Shown here: piece by piece, positions 52,464 through 61,515 of the stretch
Layout of the letters: the number at the start of each line of letters is the position of its first letter
How positions within the stretch are numbered: the first letter of the stretch is position 1
Assembly (NCBI GenBank): GCA_937995655.1
Contig: CALKJI010000003.1
Coordinates: 41,337 to 105,336, forward strand
DNA: 64,000 nucleotides
Direction of reading: 5' to 3'
Origin: an uncultured Pseudothermotoga sp.
GTDB lineage: Bacteria; Thermotogota; Thermotogae; Thermotogales; DSM-5069
Notes under the pieces: generated by a model
Seen by the model: only the letters and a program-made list of their open reading frames with translations
What the model was told of the DNA's origin: nothing
Database searches by the model: none
Translations under genes and position numbers: made by a program

Positions 52464-53966
52464 TTGAAAAAATACTTCATTTTGCTTGTGACAGTATCTA
52501 TTTTAATAGTATCATGTCAACAAAAACAGAGTAAGAGTATAAGTGTATCTTTGTCTGTGGACCCTTCTGCGCCAACACCCAGTAGTACTGTAACAGTGCA
52601 ATTGTTGGCATCCTTTGATGTAGGCATTACCCTTGCAAAGATCAGCATAGATGGGCAGACCGTAAAGAATGGCGATTCACTTCCCTTGCAATACCTTTGG
52701 ACCCCCACAAAGGCAAAGACCTATATCCTGGAAGGTTATGTTGAAAACATATTCGGTCAAAAGGCATCCGACCAAAGAATAATAAAGATTAGCGACCAAA
52801 CCCCCCCTGAAATAAAAAAGATCTCTGTTCTACCCTCTTTCCCAGAGGAAAATTCTGATTTCTATCTTTCCGTTGAAGCTCAAGATTCTGAGAGCGATGT
52901 CATCAAAGTCTCGGCAAAGGTGGCAGATCGGTCGGTTGAAGTACAGACTATCGATAGGCCAATAATTCTTAAACTATCTGATCTCGCTCAAGGTGAATAC
53001 CCTTTGAACATAGTTGTTTCAACCAGCGATATTGCAAAAACATCTACCTCAACGGTTTTGCATATTCATCCATTAGATACGAGCACACCAACCGTCGAGT
53101 TGAGCTTTCAAAAGGACTTTTTCTCTAAAGAAGAAAATGTAATTTTGAATCTGAGAATAGAAGATGACACTCAAGTCGCTTCTGTTCAAATAGAGTGTGA
53201 TGGCGTCCAAGTCTATACCAAAAACTTTGAGAAGACAACTTCAACCAGCCTATCTGTGAATCTGGGTAAGTATGATCAGGGCTATCATTCTGTGAATGTA
53301 ATGGCAAAAGATATACGCGGTAAATCGGTTGTCAAAAGTGGAGTTTTTCCAGTTGGCATGGGACGGGCCACAGCAAAACTTATCATAGATAACCAAAACC
53401 CAAGCCCCGCAGATCTAGTGAAGTTAAGCGTTCAGACAGACGAAACGAATGTAAAAAGAATTACTTTCTATGTAGACGACCTGAAAATTTCAGAAGGTAC
53501 GGCATTTGACTGCTTTTGGAAAGCAGTTTCTGGAAGACACCTTCTTTCTGTTTTTTTGGAAACATTGGACGGTAGAGTTGGTACAGACGCTATCCAAATC
53601 GATGTGCAGGACAACAGGCCTCCAAGGATCGAATCCTTCACAATCGGCTCAGCTGAATTGAAAACCGATCGATTCACCAGCATCTTTGCAGGCTATTATG
53701 GGATAAGGTTGACGATAAGGGACGACACAGCCGTGAAACAAGGAGGAACGATTACAATAATCCTATCATCACAGCCATTCCCAAGGCTAAATCCTGTTGG
53801 AACGATAATTCTTGTTCAAGAAAGTCTTTCAGATGATCTCAAGAGTGCCAGTTACGTTGGTGCCACATCTTTCACACAAGGTAGGTTCTACCTTATACCT
53901 AATGGTGTAACCGACATCTATGAAAATCAACTAAACAACCTTTCCTTCCCGGTTGAGGTGAGATGA
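52464..53966 (+). CDS. Lipoprotein with about 5 bacterial Ig-like repeats
   Basis: Lipobox IVSC; repeated D..PP.I / A.D..S / D..G units; TTG 52464 follows GAGGTG. Confidence 0.8.
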   Translation: MKKYFILLVTVSILIVSCQQKQSKSISVSLSVDPSAPTPSSTVTVQLLASFDVGITLAKISIDGQTVKNGDSLPLQYLWTPTKAKTYILEGYVENIFGQKASDQRIIKISDQTPPEIKKISVLPSFPEENSDFYLSVEAQDSESDVIKVSAKVADRSVEVQTIDRPIILKLSDLAQGEYPLNIVVSTSDIAKTSTSTVLHIHPLDTSTPTVELSFQKDFFSKEENVILNLRIEDDTQVASVQIECDGVQVYTKNFEKTTSTSLSVNLGKYDQGYHSVNVMAKDIRGKSVVKSGVFPVGMGRATAKLIIDNQNPSPADLVKLSVQTDETNVKRITFYVDDLKISEGTAFDCFWKAVSGRHLLSVFLETLDGRVGTDAIQIDVQDNRPPRIESFTIGSAELKTDRFTSIFAGYYGIRLTIRDDTAVKQGGTITIILSSQPFPRLNPVGTIILVQESLSDDLKSASYVGATSFTQGRFYLIPNGVTDIYENQLNNLSFPVEVR

Positions 53967-56900
53967 TGAAAAAACTAGTTCTGGCTCTGCCAGTACTTTT
54001 TCTTATAATATCCTGTGCCATGTTGGACAGAGTTCCTCCCCTTCTTGATGTATCGCTATCTGAAATGAGTGAAATTGCCGGTGAAAATTTCGTCTTGAAC
54101 ATTTCTGTTTCAGATCAGAGTGGCATAGACAGGATAGAAATCTATGCGAACGACAGACTCATATTCAAGACAATCCAAAGTGGGCAGATCCCCATTCCTG
54201 CCCCCTATGGATCCTTCACATTGAAAGTTGTTGCCTACGATAGAGCAGGAAATTCTGCATCAAAAGTCATAGGTTCTTTCAAAACCAAAGACCTCAAAAA
54301 ACCTGAGGTATCTGTAGATTACACTCCAAAGGGTCCTAGACCGTCTGAGACGGTCACTGTGACAGTTTCGGCTCAAGACAATGAAAGCGGTATCAGAACA
54401 GTGGGACTGAGAGTAAATAAGAAAGAAGTACAACTCACCAACAACAGATACACCTTCCAAGTTCAGGCAGGCGTTTACGAGTTTGAAGCCTATGCGATCG
54501 ATAATGAAGGAAACGACAATCTTGCAAAGACCACGCTGAATGTTTCTGTAGCTGGCGACAGTTCAGGACCAGAGATAGAGTTTGTAAACCTTATCAAAAA
54601 ATCAAAACCAGGAGCGGTTGTGAACATAACGATCCTTGCCACAGATGAGAGTGGTGTTTCAAAGATTGTTTTCAACGATGGTAAAGAATCGATTTACGTA
54701 CCTACCATGCCTGCAACACAACTGATTTGGAATGTAACCAGAAATGTGGGAACGACTAACCCCTACAGTTTTTCGGTCACGGCATACGATTCAAGAAACA
54801 ACTACACAACCAAGACAGGTTCAATCGAAATAGGTACAAACCTGCCTCCTTCTGTGTCGATTGAAGTTGACAAACCCGCACCAAAAGAAGGGGAAAAAGT
54901 TTTGATAACAATAAACGCAAGCGACGATTCTATGGTAAAACAAGTTGTTTTGTACATAGACAATGTCCCTGTAAGGACCTTCAACCAACAGCCCTATAGA
55001 CACGAATGGACAGCGATCAAGGGAATTCACAAAATAAAGGCCGTCGCGACAGATGACTCGAATGAATCCACCGAAGCCTTCTATACGATAAACGTTGGAG
55101 TCTTAGACACCGAAGCTCCTGTTATCTACTTTACATCTCCCTACGGGGTCGTCGTAAACGAGGCCTACACCTTCTATGTTTTTGTAACAGACAATGTTCA
55201 AGTGAGTGAGGTAACCTTTAGCTTTAAAGGTCCTGTACAAAAAGGCCCCATCCTTGCCTCGACGATAGGTGGGGGTGTTTTCACAATCACTGAGACTTTC
55301 ACAGAAAAAGGAAACTATGAAGTGATAGTTGTGGCAAAAGATAGCTCTAATAACAGTTCTTCTCAAAAAGGCCAGTTTCCCGTAGATGAAGCCTATATAG
55401 TGAAAGCACCAAAGATAAAGGAATTTTCCTATGCACCTTCGGTATTGAATCAAGGAGAGAGAGTTCATCTTAAGGTCATAGCAGAGGATGATATAAGCTT
55501 GAACAGATGTGACTTTTATGTGAACGGTGTTAAGAGGATCTCTGTGCAACCATCGGTCAATGTCTTTGAGTGGGATTGGACCTTTACAACGCTTGGAGTT
55601 CATGATATAAAGGTCGTCGTCATAGATACCGAGGGGTTCACAGCAGAAGCAACCGGTACAGTTACAGTAGTCACCTCAAGACCCATTGTGAGAATTTTAC
55701 AACCAGAAGATGGCTTCAGAACACCTTTTGCCGATAATCTAAGCCTTTCATTGAATGCACAGGTTGTAGATACGAACAATCCTTCCGTTGCCTATTTCGA
55801 CATCAAAGGACCAATAGATGAAAGAATACCCGTTACTGCTTTGGGTGAAGGACCAGTCTATACCTTCAGTGCAAGATGGGAAGTTAAGAAATATGGAGAG
55901 TATCAAATTGATTTTTACTACAAGAACAACATCAATCTGTCCGATGCCACCTCTGTTTCTGTGAACATATTAGACCTTGGCGTGGTCTTTGAAACACCAT
56001 TACCTGGGCAACAACATCAATGTGGATACAACCTTACGGTGAGAGCAAAGGTTAGTGTATATCTAACAGAGAATGAGAAGTTCGAAATTTCTTACGCTTC
56101 CAGAAAATTAGAACTATCGGTGCCCAATCCTATCGTCACAACTTCCACGCACAACATCTATGAAACAACGATACCGTCAACCTTCTTTACCGAACCAGGT
56201 TCCTACACGATAATCTTTTCTGGAAAGACTACGGCAAACGAGGAAGGAAGAGGTACCACATATGTGACTGTCATTGATACAGAACCACCTGTCATAACTC
56301 AAGCAAGGATCGATTCAAGTGACATCGTGGAAAATGGCGTGTATAACGTCGCCAAGTCGGCTAGACCCGTCATAAGTGTCACAGCAACAGACAACAGACA
56401 AATCAAGAGCATAGAACTTCAAAAGAGAGTTTCTGGTGTCTATACAAATATTCATTCAACAACAACGAATTCTCTTAACTATACGATACAGACTTTAGAT
56501 TCCTTCGAAAACTATTTCAGAATCCTTGTAAAAGACCTGGAAAACAATCAAACACTTCGTAACTTTGTGATCTACGCCTATGAACAGAACACTCCAAATG
56601 TAGAAGGCTTCAGATCGATGCAGCTTTACCCTTCGGCTCCGGTCTACGATATGAATGCGCAACTTCTTGTACAGATCAGGGGCAACTTGAACAACAATAC
56701 ACAGTTCAAGATAACGGATGACACCGGTATCAAGGAAGTCAGAGTCAGAGTTATAGATGCACAGACCTATGGTAACAATTACAGTGAAACGGTTAAGAAA
56801 CTTTACGAATACACCACAGGGAACCTTTTAAGGGAGATCTTCATAAACAATCAAGATGTCCCAATGTTTACCCCGGCATTAGTTGGAACCTTTAAAGTGG

Positions 56901-58771
56901 TGCTAGAGGCGATCGATGTCTTTGGCAACGCAAAACGTATATCGGAACAGAACCTTGTCGTTGAAGATCTAACCCCACCGATAGTGAACATAGACATACC
57001 TGCCGGTAAGTTCTATGGAACAAACAGCGAAGGTAGAAAGATCTTAAGAACGTTGACAGATGTGAAGGTCAGTTTCTTGGACAACACGGAGCCCATATAC
57101 AAAGTGGAACTTTGGATCGCTGATGCCGCTGGAAGTACACAGAAGGTTGGTGAAAAATCAGACCTTGCTACAAACAGTTGGACCTTCGAAAACATACCGC
57201 TTTCGAGCTATGTTGATGGAATTGCCAAATTTAGGGCAATAGCAACCACAACAAGTGGTGCAGCAGGTGAAGGTGAGCTTATAGTAGTCATAGACAACAA
57301 AACATCTCCAGTAGTTACTATACAACTTCCACCAGCTTCAACCTTTGGTTCAAGGCAGGTTTACAGAGGCACCATCATCGTCACAGCACAGATAACCAAT
57401 ATAGATGTACCTTACGATGTACACAAGGTGGAACTTTACATGGACGATATAAAAAGGATTGAAGTCAAATCACCTGTCTTAGAAGATGGTGAAGTGAAAT
57501 TCAAATTGTCATTGGACACTACATTATACAACGATGGAAATCACAAAATTGCCCTGAAGGTCTATGATTTTGCCAACAACAGCTCTCAACTCACAGATTC
57601 AAGATCTTTTGCAGAGGTGATCTTCGACAACAGTGCACCGGTTCTGCTCAGTGACAGTGGAAGGATCTATACTAATCAGACCACAGTGACACTGCAGATC
57701 GATGAAAGCTATGGCTTAATAGAAGCTATTTTGAGATTGCCAGACAGATCGATCGATCCGATACCAGGTACCCTCACCTTTGTACATGGTCTATCTCAAA
57801 ATACTTTAAGCACCTTCTCTCTGTACATGAAAGACACAGCCGGAAACGTTGCAAACTACTCTGGAACCTTGTACTATGATACACAAAGGCCGAATATAAC
57901 AATACAAGGAGTTCAACCTACAAATCTGGCATCTGAAACTGGCGCAAGATTCACATTGAGTTTCTCAGACAATTTGACCAGCCTCTCGACCTTGAGGGTC
58001 TATGAGAATGCTACGTTTAAAGAATCACTTGCTCTATCATGGGGTCAGACGAGTACGACGTGGGTATACAATCCGCCGAGCAACTATGAGGGGCAAAGAA
58101 CCCTTGCCTTTGAGGTCTCTGATAGAGCGGGCAACTTGAGCACCCAGGAACAATACATTATGGATGTGGACACCTTCCCACCGAGGATAAATTCCTTTAG
58201 CTGTGATATTACCACTTTAGTAGATAACATTTATTACACAAATAGTGGCTCATCAAATGTTACATGGTCCGTCAATGACAACTATTTTGACAAGGTCACC
58301 CTTGAGAACAATTCAGTACGGGTCCTAGATGATGGACCGAGCAGTGGATCTAACAACGTTGGGCTCAATCTTGGTCTGAACGTAATAAAACTCACTGCAT
58401 ATGATCTTGCTAATCACAGTACGGTACAAACGATCAGAATTATTCGTGATAATCAAGAACCACAGATCAGCAACGTGAAACTGGCTTCTCAAAATGTGAC
58501 AGAGAACGCCACAACAACGATCACAACAACTGGAAACAAGCCCTTGGAATTTTCAGTGATGGAACTTTACATCATGTGGTATCAATCTTCTGTCTATGTG
58601 AACAACATCAAAGTCACCTCCGGAGACGATTGGCTAATAACTGGGACGAATCCAAACTATGCGGTGTCAACGATGGTCAACATCTCTGGGAATTCGAAGA
58701 TCGAGATCATCTTGAAAGACTATGCAGGCAACGAAAGAAGATTCACCTTCTACGTTGAAGTTAGCCAGTGA
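53963..58771 (+). CDS. Giant lipoprotein (1602 aa) with about 16 bacterial Ig-like repeats
   Basis: Lipobox IISC; ~100-aa beta units bounded by D..(P)P.(V/I) and A.D.AGN; no catalytic or anchoring C-terminal domain recognised. Confidence 0.85.
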   Translation: MMKKLVLALPVLFLIISCAMLDRVPPLLDVSLSEMSEIAGENFVLNISVSDQSGIDRIEIYANDRLIFKTIQSGQIPIPAPYGSFTLKVVAYDRAGNSASKVIGSFKTKDLKKPEVSVDYTPKGPRPSETVTVTVSAQDNESGIRTVGLRVNKKEVQLTNNRYTFQVQAGVYEFEAYAIDNEGNDNLAKTTLNVSVAGDSSGPEIEFVNLIKKSKPGAVVNITILATDESGVSKIVFNDGKESIYVPTMPATQLIWNVTRNVGTTNPYSFSVTAYDSRNNYTTKTGSIEIGTNLPPSVSIEVDKPAPKEGEKVLITINASDDSMVKQVVLYIDNVPVRTFNQQPYRHEWTAIKGIHKIKAVATDDSNESTEAFYTINVGVLDTEAPVIYFTSPYGVVVNEAYTFYVFVTDNVQVSEVTFSFKGPVQKGPILASTIGGGVFTITETFTEKGNYEVIVVAKDSSNNSSSQKGQFPVDEAYIVKAPKIKEFSYAPSVLNQGERVHLKVIAEDDISLNRCDFYVNGVKRISVQPSVNVFEWDWTFTTLGVHDIKVVVIDTEGFTAEATGTVTVVTSRPIVRILQPEDGFRTPFADNLSLSLNAQVVDTNNPSVAYFDIKGPIDERIPVTALGEGPVYTFSARWEVKKYGEYQIDFYYKNNINLSDATSVSVNILDLGVVFETPLPGQQHQCGYNLTVRAKVSVYLTENEKFEISYASRKLELSVPNPIVTTSTHNIYETTIPSTFFTEPGSYTIIFSGKTTANEEGRGTTYVTVIDTEPPVITQARIDSSDIVENGVYNVAKSARPVISVTATDNRQIKSIELQKRVSGVYTNIHSTTTNSLNYTIQTLDSFENYFRILVKDLENNQTLRNFVIYAYEQNTPNVEGFRSMQLYPSAPVYDMNAQLLVQIRGNLNNNTQFKITDDTGIKEVRVRVIDAQTYGNNYSETVKKLYEYTTGNLLREIFINNQDVPMFTPALVGTFKVVLEAIDVFGNAKRISEQNLVVEDLTPPIVNIDIPAGKFYGTNSEGRKILRTLTDVKVSFLDNTEPIYKVELWIADAAGSTQKVGEKSDLATNSWTFENIPLSSYVDGIAKFRAIATTTSGAAGEGELIVVIDNKTSPVVTIQLPPASTFGSRQVYRGTIIVTAQITNIDVPYDVHKVELYMDDIKRIEVKSPVLEDGEVKFKLSLDTTLYNDGNHKIALKVYDFANNSSQLTDSRSFAEVIFDNSAPVLLSDSGRIYTNQTTVTLQIDESYGLIEAILRLPDRSIDPIPGTLTFVHGLSQNTLSTFSLYMKDTAGNVANYSGTLYYDTQRPNITIQGVQPTNLASETGARFTLSFSDNLTSLSTLRVYENATFKESLALSWGQTSTTWVYNPPSNYEGQRTLAFEVSDRAGNLSTQEQYIMDVDTFPPRINSFSCDITTLVDNIYYTNSGSSNVTWSVNDNYFDKVTLENNSVRVLDDGPSSGSNNVGLNLGLNVIKLTAYDLANHSTVQTIRIIRDNQEPQISNVKLASQNVTENATTTITTTGNKPLEFSVMELYIMWYQSSVYVNNIKVTSGDDWLITGTNPNYAVSTMVNISGNSKIEIILKDYAGNERRFTFYVEVSQ

Positions 58772-58790
58772 AGGGAATCGAGCACTGTGG

Positions 58791-58815
58791 AAGGGGCAGG
58801 TCTCTGTCCCTTTTT
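58791..58815 (+). terminator. Terminator after the Ig-repeat operon
   Basis: AAGGGGCAG-gtct-CTGTCCCTT followed by TTT. Confidence 0.8.
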
Positions 58816-58885
58816 GTTAACAAAAAATCAACTGAACAGAACATTATTGAAATGATCTTTGAGACAATAAAGAGTCATAATCGAT

Positions 58886-59908
58886 TTGACAAAAACCATG
58901 GAGGTGGTTTTTACGAAGGTGGGGTTAGCCTATAATCTACCAAAGGGAACTAGGCCAGATGTGGAAGACTGGGAAGCAGAGTACGACAGTATGGAAGTCG
59001 TTATGGACATAAAAAGATCTATTGAGGCTGGAGGACACGAAGTTATCTTGATGGAAGCCGTGCCCGAAAAATTTATTCCCATCCTCACCTCTGAAAAGAT
59101 CGACATTGTCTACAACTTTGCAGAAGGCACATTTAGTAGAGCAAGAGAAGCTCAGGTTCCGGCGATACTCTCTTTCTACAATATTCCCCATACATGCTCA
59201 GACGCCACGACATTAGCAGTGTGCCTTGACAAGGCACTGACAAAACAGATACTTTTAACAAAAGATATTAAGACCCCACGATTTCAAGTGATTCGTTCAC
59301 CGGAGGAAAAACTCAGGAAAAACATGAGATTTCCTTTGATCTTGAAACTCAATGCCGAAGGTTCTTCAAAAGGTATCTCTGAAACAGGGCTTGTACACGA
59401 TTACGAGGAGTACAAAAAAGAAATCGACAGATTATTTTCAATCTACAACGAGCCAGTTCTTGTGGAAGAGTTCATAAGAGGTAGAGAATTCACCATAGGT
59501 GTTCTGCAAGAAGGTAACAACTATCGTGTTCTTCCCATAATGGAGATCCATTTCAAGCACGGTAAAGAATTCTACAGCTACAAGGTTAAAAAGAACTCAG
59601 ATTATTATGTAGATTACACCTGTCCCGCAAAGATCGACCAAAAACTTGAAAGGAAATTGAAAAATATGGCCGTCAGAATTTGTAAAACCTTAGAGATCAA
59701 GGATGTAGCAAGAATGGATCTGAGGGTTTCCCAAGAAGATGGTAACCCCTATTTTCTGGAGATCAACCCACTTCCGGGAATGGCGAAGGGATTTTCGGAT
59801 CTACCAAGGATAGCCGAGATAGCCGGTTTGGCCTATGAAGACCTGGTACTCCATATTCTTGACAGCGCACTTCAAAGAAATGGTTTAGTGAAGCCTATGT
59901 ATGTATAA
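58886..59908 (+). CDS. ATP-grasp ligase of the D-Ala-D-Ala ligase superfamily, non-canonical
   Basis: LDKALTK, LKLNAEGSSKGI, VEEFIRGREF, ARMDLR, FLEINPLPG; lacks the HG..GEDG motif of true Ddl. Start is uncertain. Confidence 0.85.
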   Translation: MTKTMEVVFTKVGLAYNLPKGTRPDVEDWEAEYDSMEVVMDIKRSIEAGGHEVILMEAVPEKFIPILTSEKIDIVYNFAEGTFSRAREAQVPAILSFYNIPHTCSDATTLAVCLDKALTKQILLTKDIKTPRFQVIRSPEEKLRKNMRFPLILKLNAEGSSKGISETGLVHDYEEYKKEIDRLFSIYNEPVLVEEFIRGREFTIGVLQEGNNYRVLPIMEIHFKHGKEFYSYKVKKNSDYYVDYTCPAKIDQKLERKLKNMAVRICKTLEIKDVARMDLRVSQEDGNPYFLEINPLPGMAKGFSDLPRIAEIAGLAYEDLVLHILDSALQRNGLVKPMYV

Positions 59909-59921
59909 ATGGGGGTGATAG

Positions 59922-60296
59922 ATGGTGAACCCCAGAGATTTTAAAAAAATAGCGATCATCGGCGCAAGTGAAAATGATAAGAAATACGGCAACAAAATTG
60001 TGAAGGATTTGCACAGCAAAGGCTTTGAAGTCTTTCCTGTGAATCCTAAAGGTGTTATGATCGGAAGTATCAGGTGTTTTAGAAGTATCGAGGAATTGCC
60101 AAGGGACGTTGAACTCTTGGTTTTCGTGATTCCCCCTGAAAAGGGTTTGGAAGAGGTACAAAAAGCAGTAACTATCGGTTACAAAAGGTTTTGGTTTCAG
60201 CCAGGTGCCGGTTCAAAGGAAATTGAAAACTTCTTGAAAAACAAAGATGCTGAATACTCAATAGGAAGGTGCATAATGGTAGAAACAAGTTTTTAA
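59922..60296 (+). CDS. CoA-binding protein (YccU-like)
   Basis: IAIIGAS...KYG, VFPVNP, WFQPGA, CIMV. Confidence 0.9.
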   Translation: MVNPRDFKKIAIIGASENDKKYGNKIVKDLHSKGFEVFPVNPKGVMIGSIRCFRSIEELPRDVELLVFVIPPEKGLEEVQKAVTIGYKRFWFQPGAGSKEIENFLKNKDAEYSIGRCIMVETSF

Positions 60297-60322
60297 CCCC
60301 GCTAAAGCGGGGTTAAATTTTC
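60293..60322 (+). terminator. Intrinsic terminator
   Basis: TTAACCCCGC-taaa-GCGGGGTTAA followed by ATTTTC. Confidence 0.8.
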
Positions 60323-60514
60323 TTAGATTGAAAAAAGTTGCTACAGCGAATAACAACAAAAAACAGAGAGATAAAAGTAGAAAAACAGTCTTGTAAAGTT
60401 CTCCTTTTTCTTAAAAGGTTAGATTTGTTTTGCAATCGTTTGTTTTACCGATTGTCGTTCCTAATTCATCGGAGTAAACTATTGTTGTATCCATACCTAA
60501 GGAGGGTGATCTTT

Positions 60515-61462
60515 GTGAAGAAAGCAGTTCTAATGATGTGCTTGGCAATTTTTGTATTTTCAACACTCCTTGGAGCAAATTTTCCCACAAAGCCTATCAC
60601 TTACGTGATCTGTTTTGATCCAGGTGGAGAGTCAGATATTACAGCAAGGATTCAGCAACCATACCTCGAAAAGATCCTTGGGGTTCCCATCGTGATAACC
60701 TACAAGCCGGGTGGAGGAGGAGCCACTGGTTGGTCTGAATTGGTGAACCGTGCAGTGCCCGACGGGTACTCTATATATGGAACTAACCTACCTCACATAA
60801 TATTGCAGCCAATCCAAGGTGGTGTTCCCTACAAGACCGAACAAATCGAAAATATCTACTTTTTCCAAACGACACCCTGTACATTAGTAGTACCGATCGA
60901 CAGCCCCATCAAAACATTTGAAGACTTTGTGAAATTTGCCAGCGGCAAGAAATCTGTCTTGGTAGGTGGCAGCGGACAACCCACTGCAAACAGCTTTGCA
61001 ACACTCAGATTGGCAAAGGTGGCAAAACTCAATCTCACCTACGTTCCATTCACCGGTACTGGCACGGCTATACCAGGTCTATTGGGTGGTAACGTCGATG
61101 CTCTGATGACCTACACAACCGTTTCTATTCAATACAAGGATAAACTTCGAACGCTCGCAGTTGCTACAGAACAAAGAGTTCCATTCCTGCCCGATGTGCC
61201 AACCTTCAGAGAATTAGGTTATGATGTGGTGGAGAAAGCCTTCCGCGGCGTCGCAGTACCCCCCGGAACACCTGCAGAGATCAAAAGAATACTTGAAGCG
61301 GCATTCGCGGAGGTCAACAAGAACCCAGAGGTCAGGACAAAGATGGAAGAGCTGGGTTTTGTTTTAGAGGACTACAACGAAGCGGAAGCAAAAGAGCTCG
61401 TAGCCAGATTGATCCCATACTACAAAGAACTTTGGGTTGAAACACAAAAAATGGGTAAATGA
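60515..61462 (+). CDS. tctC: Tripartite tricarboxylate transporter substrate-binding protein
   Basis: FPTKPIT, PGGESD, KPGGGG, PDGY, VPFTG, LLGGNVD, LPDVPTFRELGYD, PPGTP. GTG 60515 follows AGGAGG. Confidence 0.93.
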   Translation: MKKAVLMMCLAIFVFSTLLGANFPTKPITYVICFDPGGESDITARIQQPYLEKILGVPIVITYKPGGGGATGWSELVNRAVPDGYSIYGTNLPHIILQPIQGGVPYKTEQIENIYFFQTTPCTLVVPIDSPIKTFEDFVKFASGKKSVLVGGSGQPTANSFATLRLAKVAKLNLTYVPFTGTGTAIPGLLGGNVDALMTYTTVSIQYKDKLRTLAVATEQRVPFLPDVPTFRELGYDVVEKAFRGVAVPPGTPAEIKRILEAAFAEVNKNPEVRTKMEELGFVLEDYNEAEAKELVARLIPYYKELWVETQKMGK

Positions 61463-61515
61463 CTCTTGTCCGCACCAGCTGGTGCGGGCCTTTTGAAAGG
61501 GAGGGGACCAATCAA

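Noticed and set aside
47811-60316. CCCCGC-N4-GCGGGG shared by two hairpins as a REP/MITE family
   Set aside because: Only two short copies, both explained as terminators.
60431-60460. CAATCG...CGATTG inverted repeat upstream of tctC as an operator
   Set aside because: Short stem with a long spacer and weak match to cre/LacI consensus; cannot be told from chance.
60338-60514. 59-aa N-terminal extension of TctC
   Set aside because: AGGAGG precedes GTG 60515, which starts a typical signal peptide.
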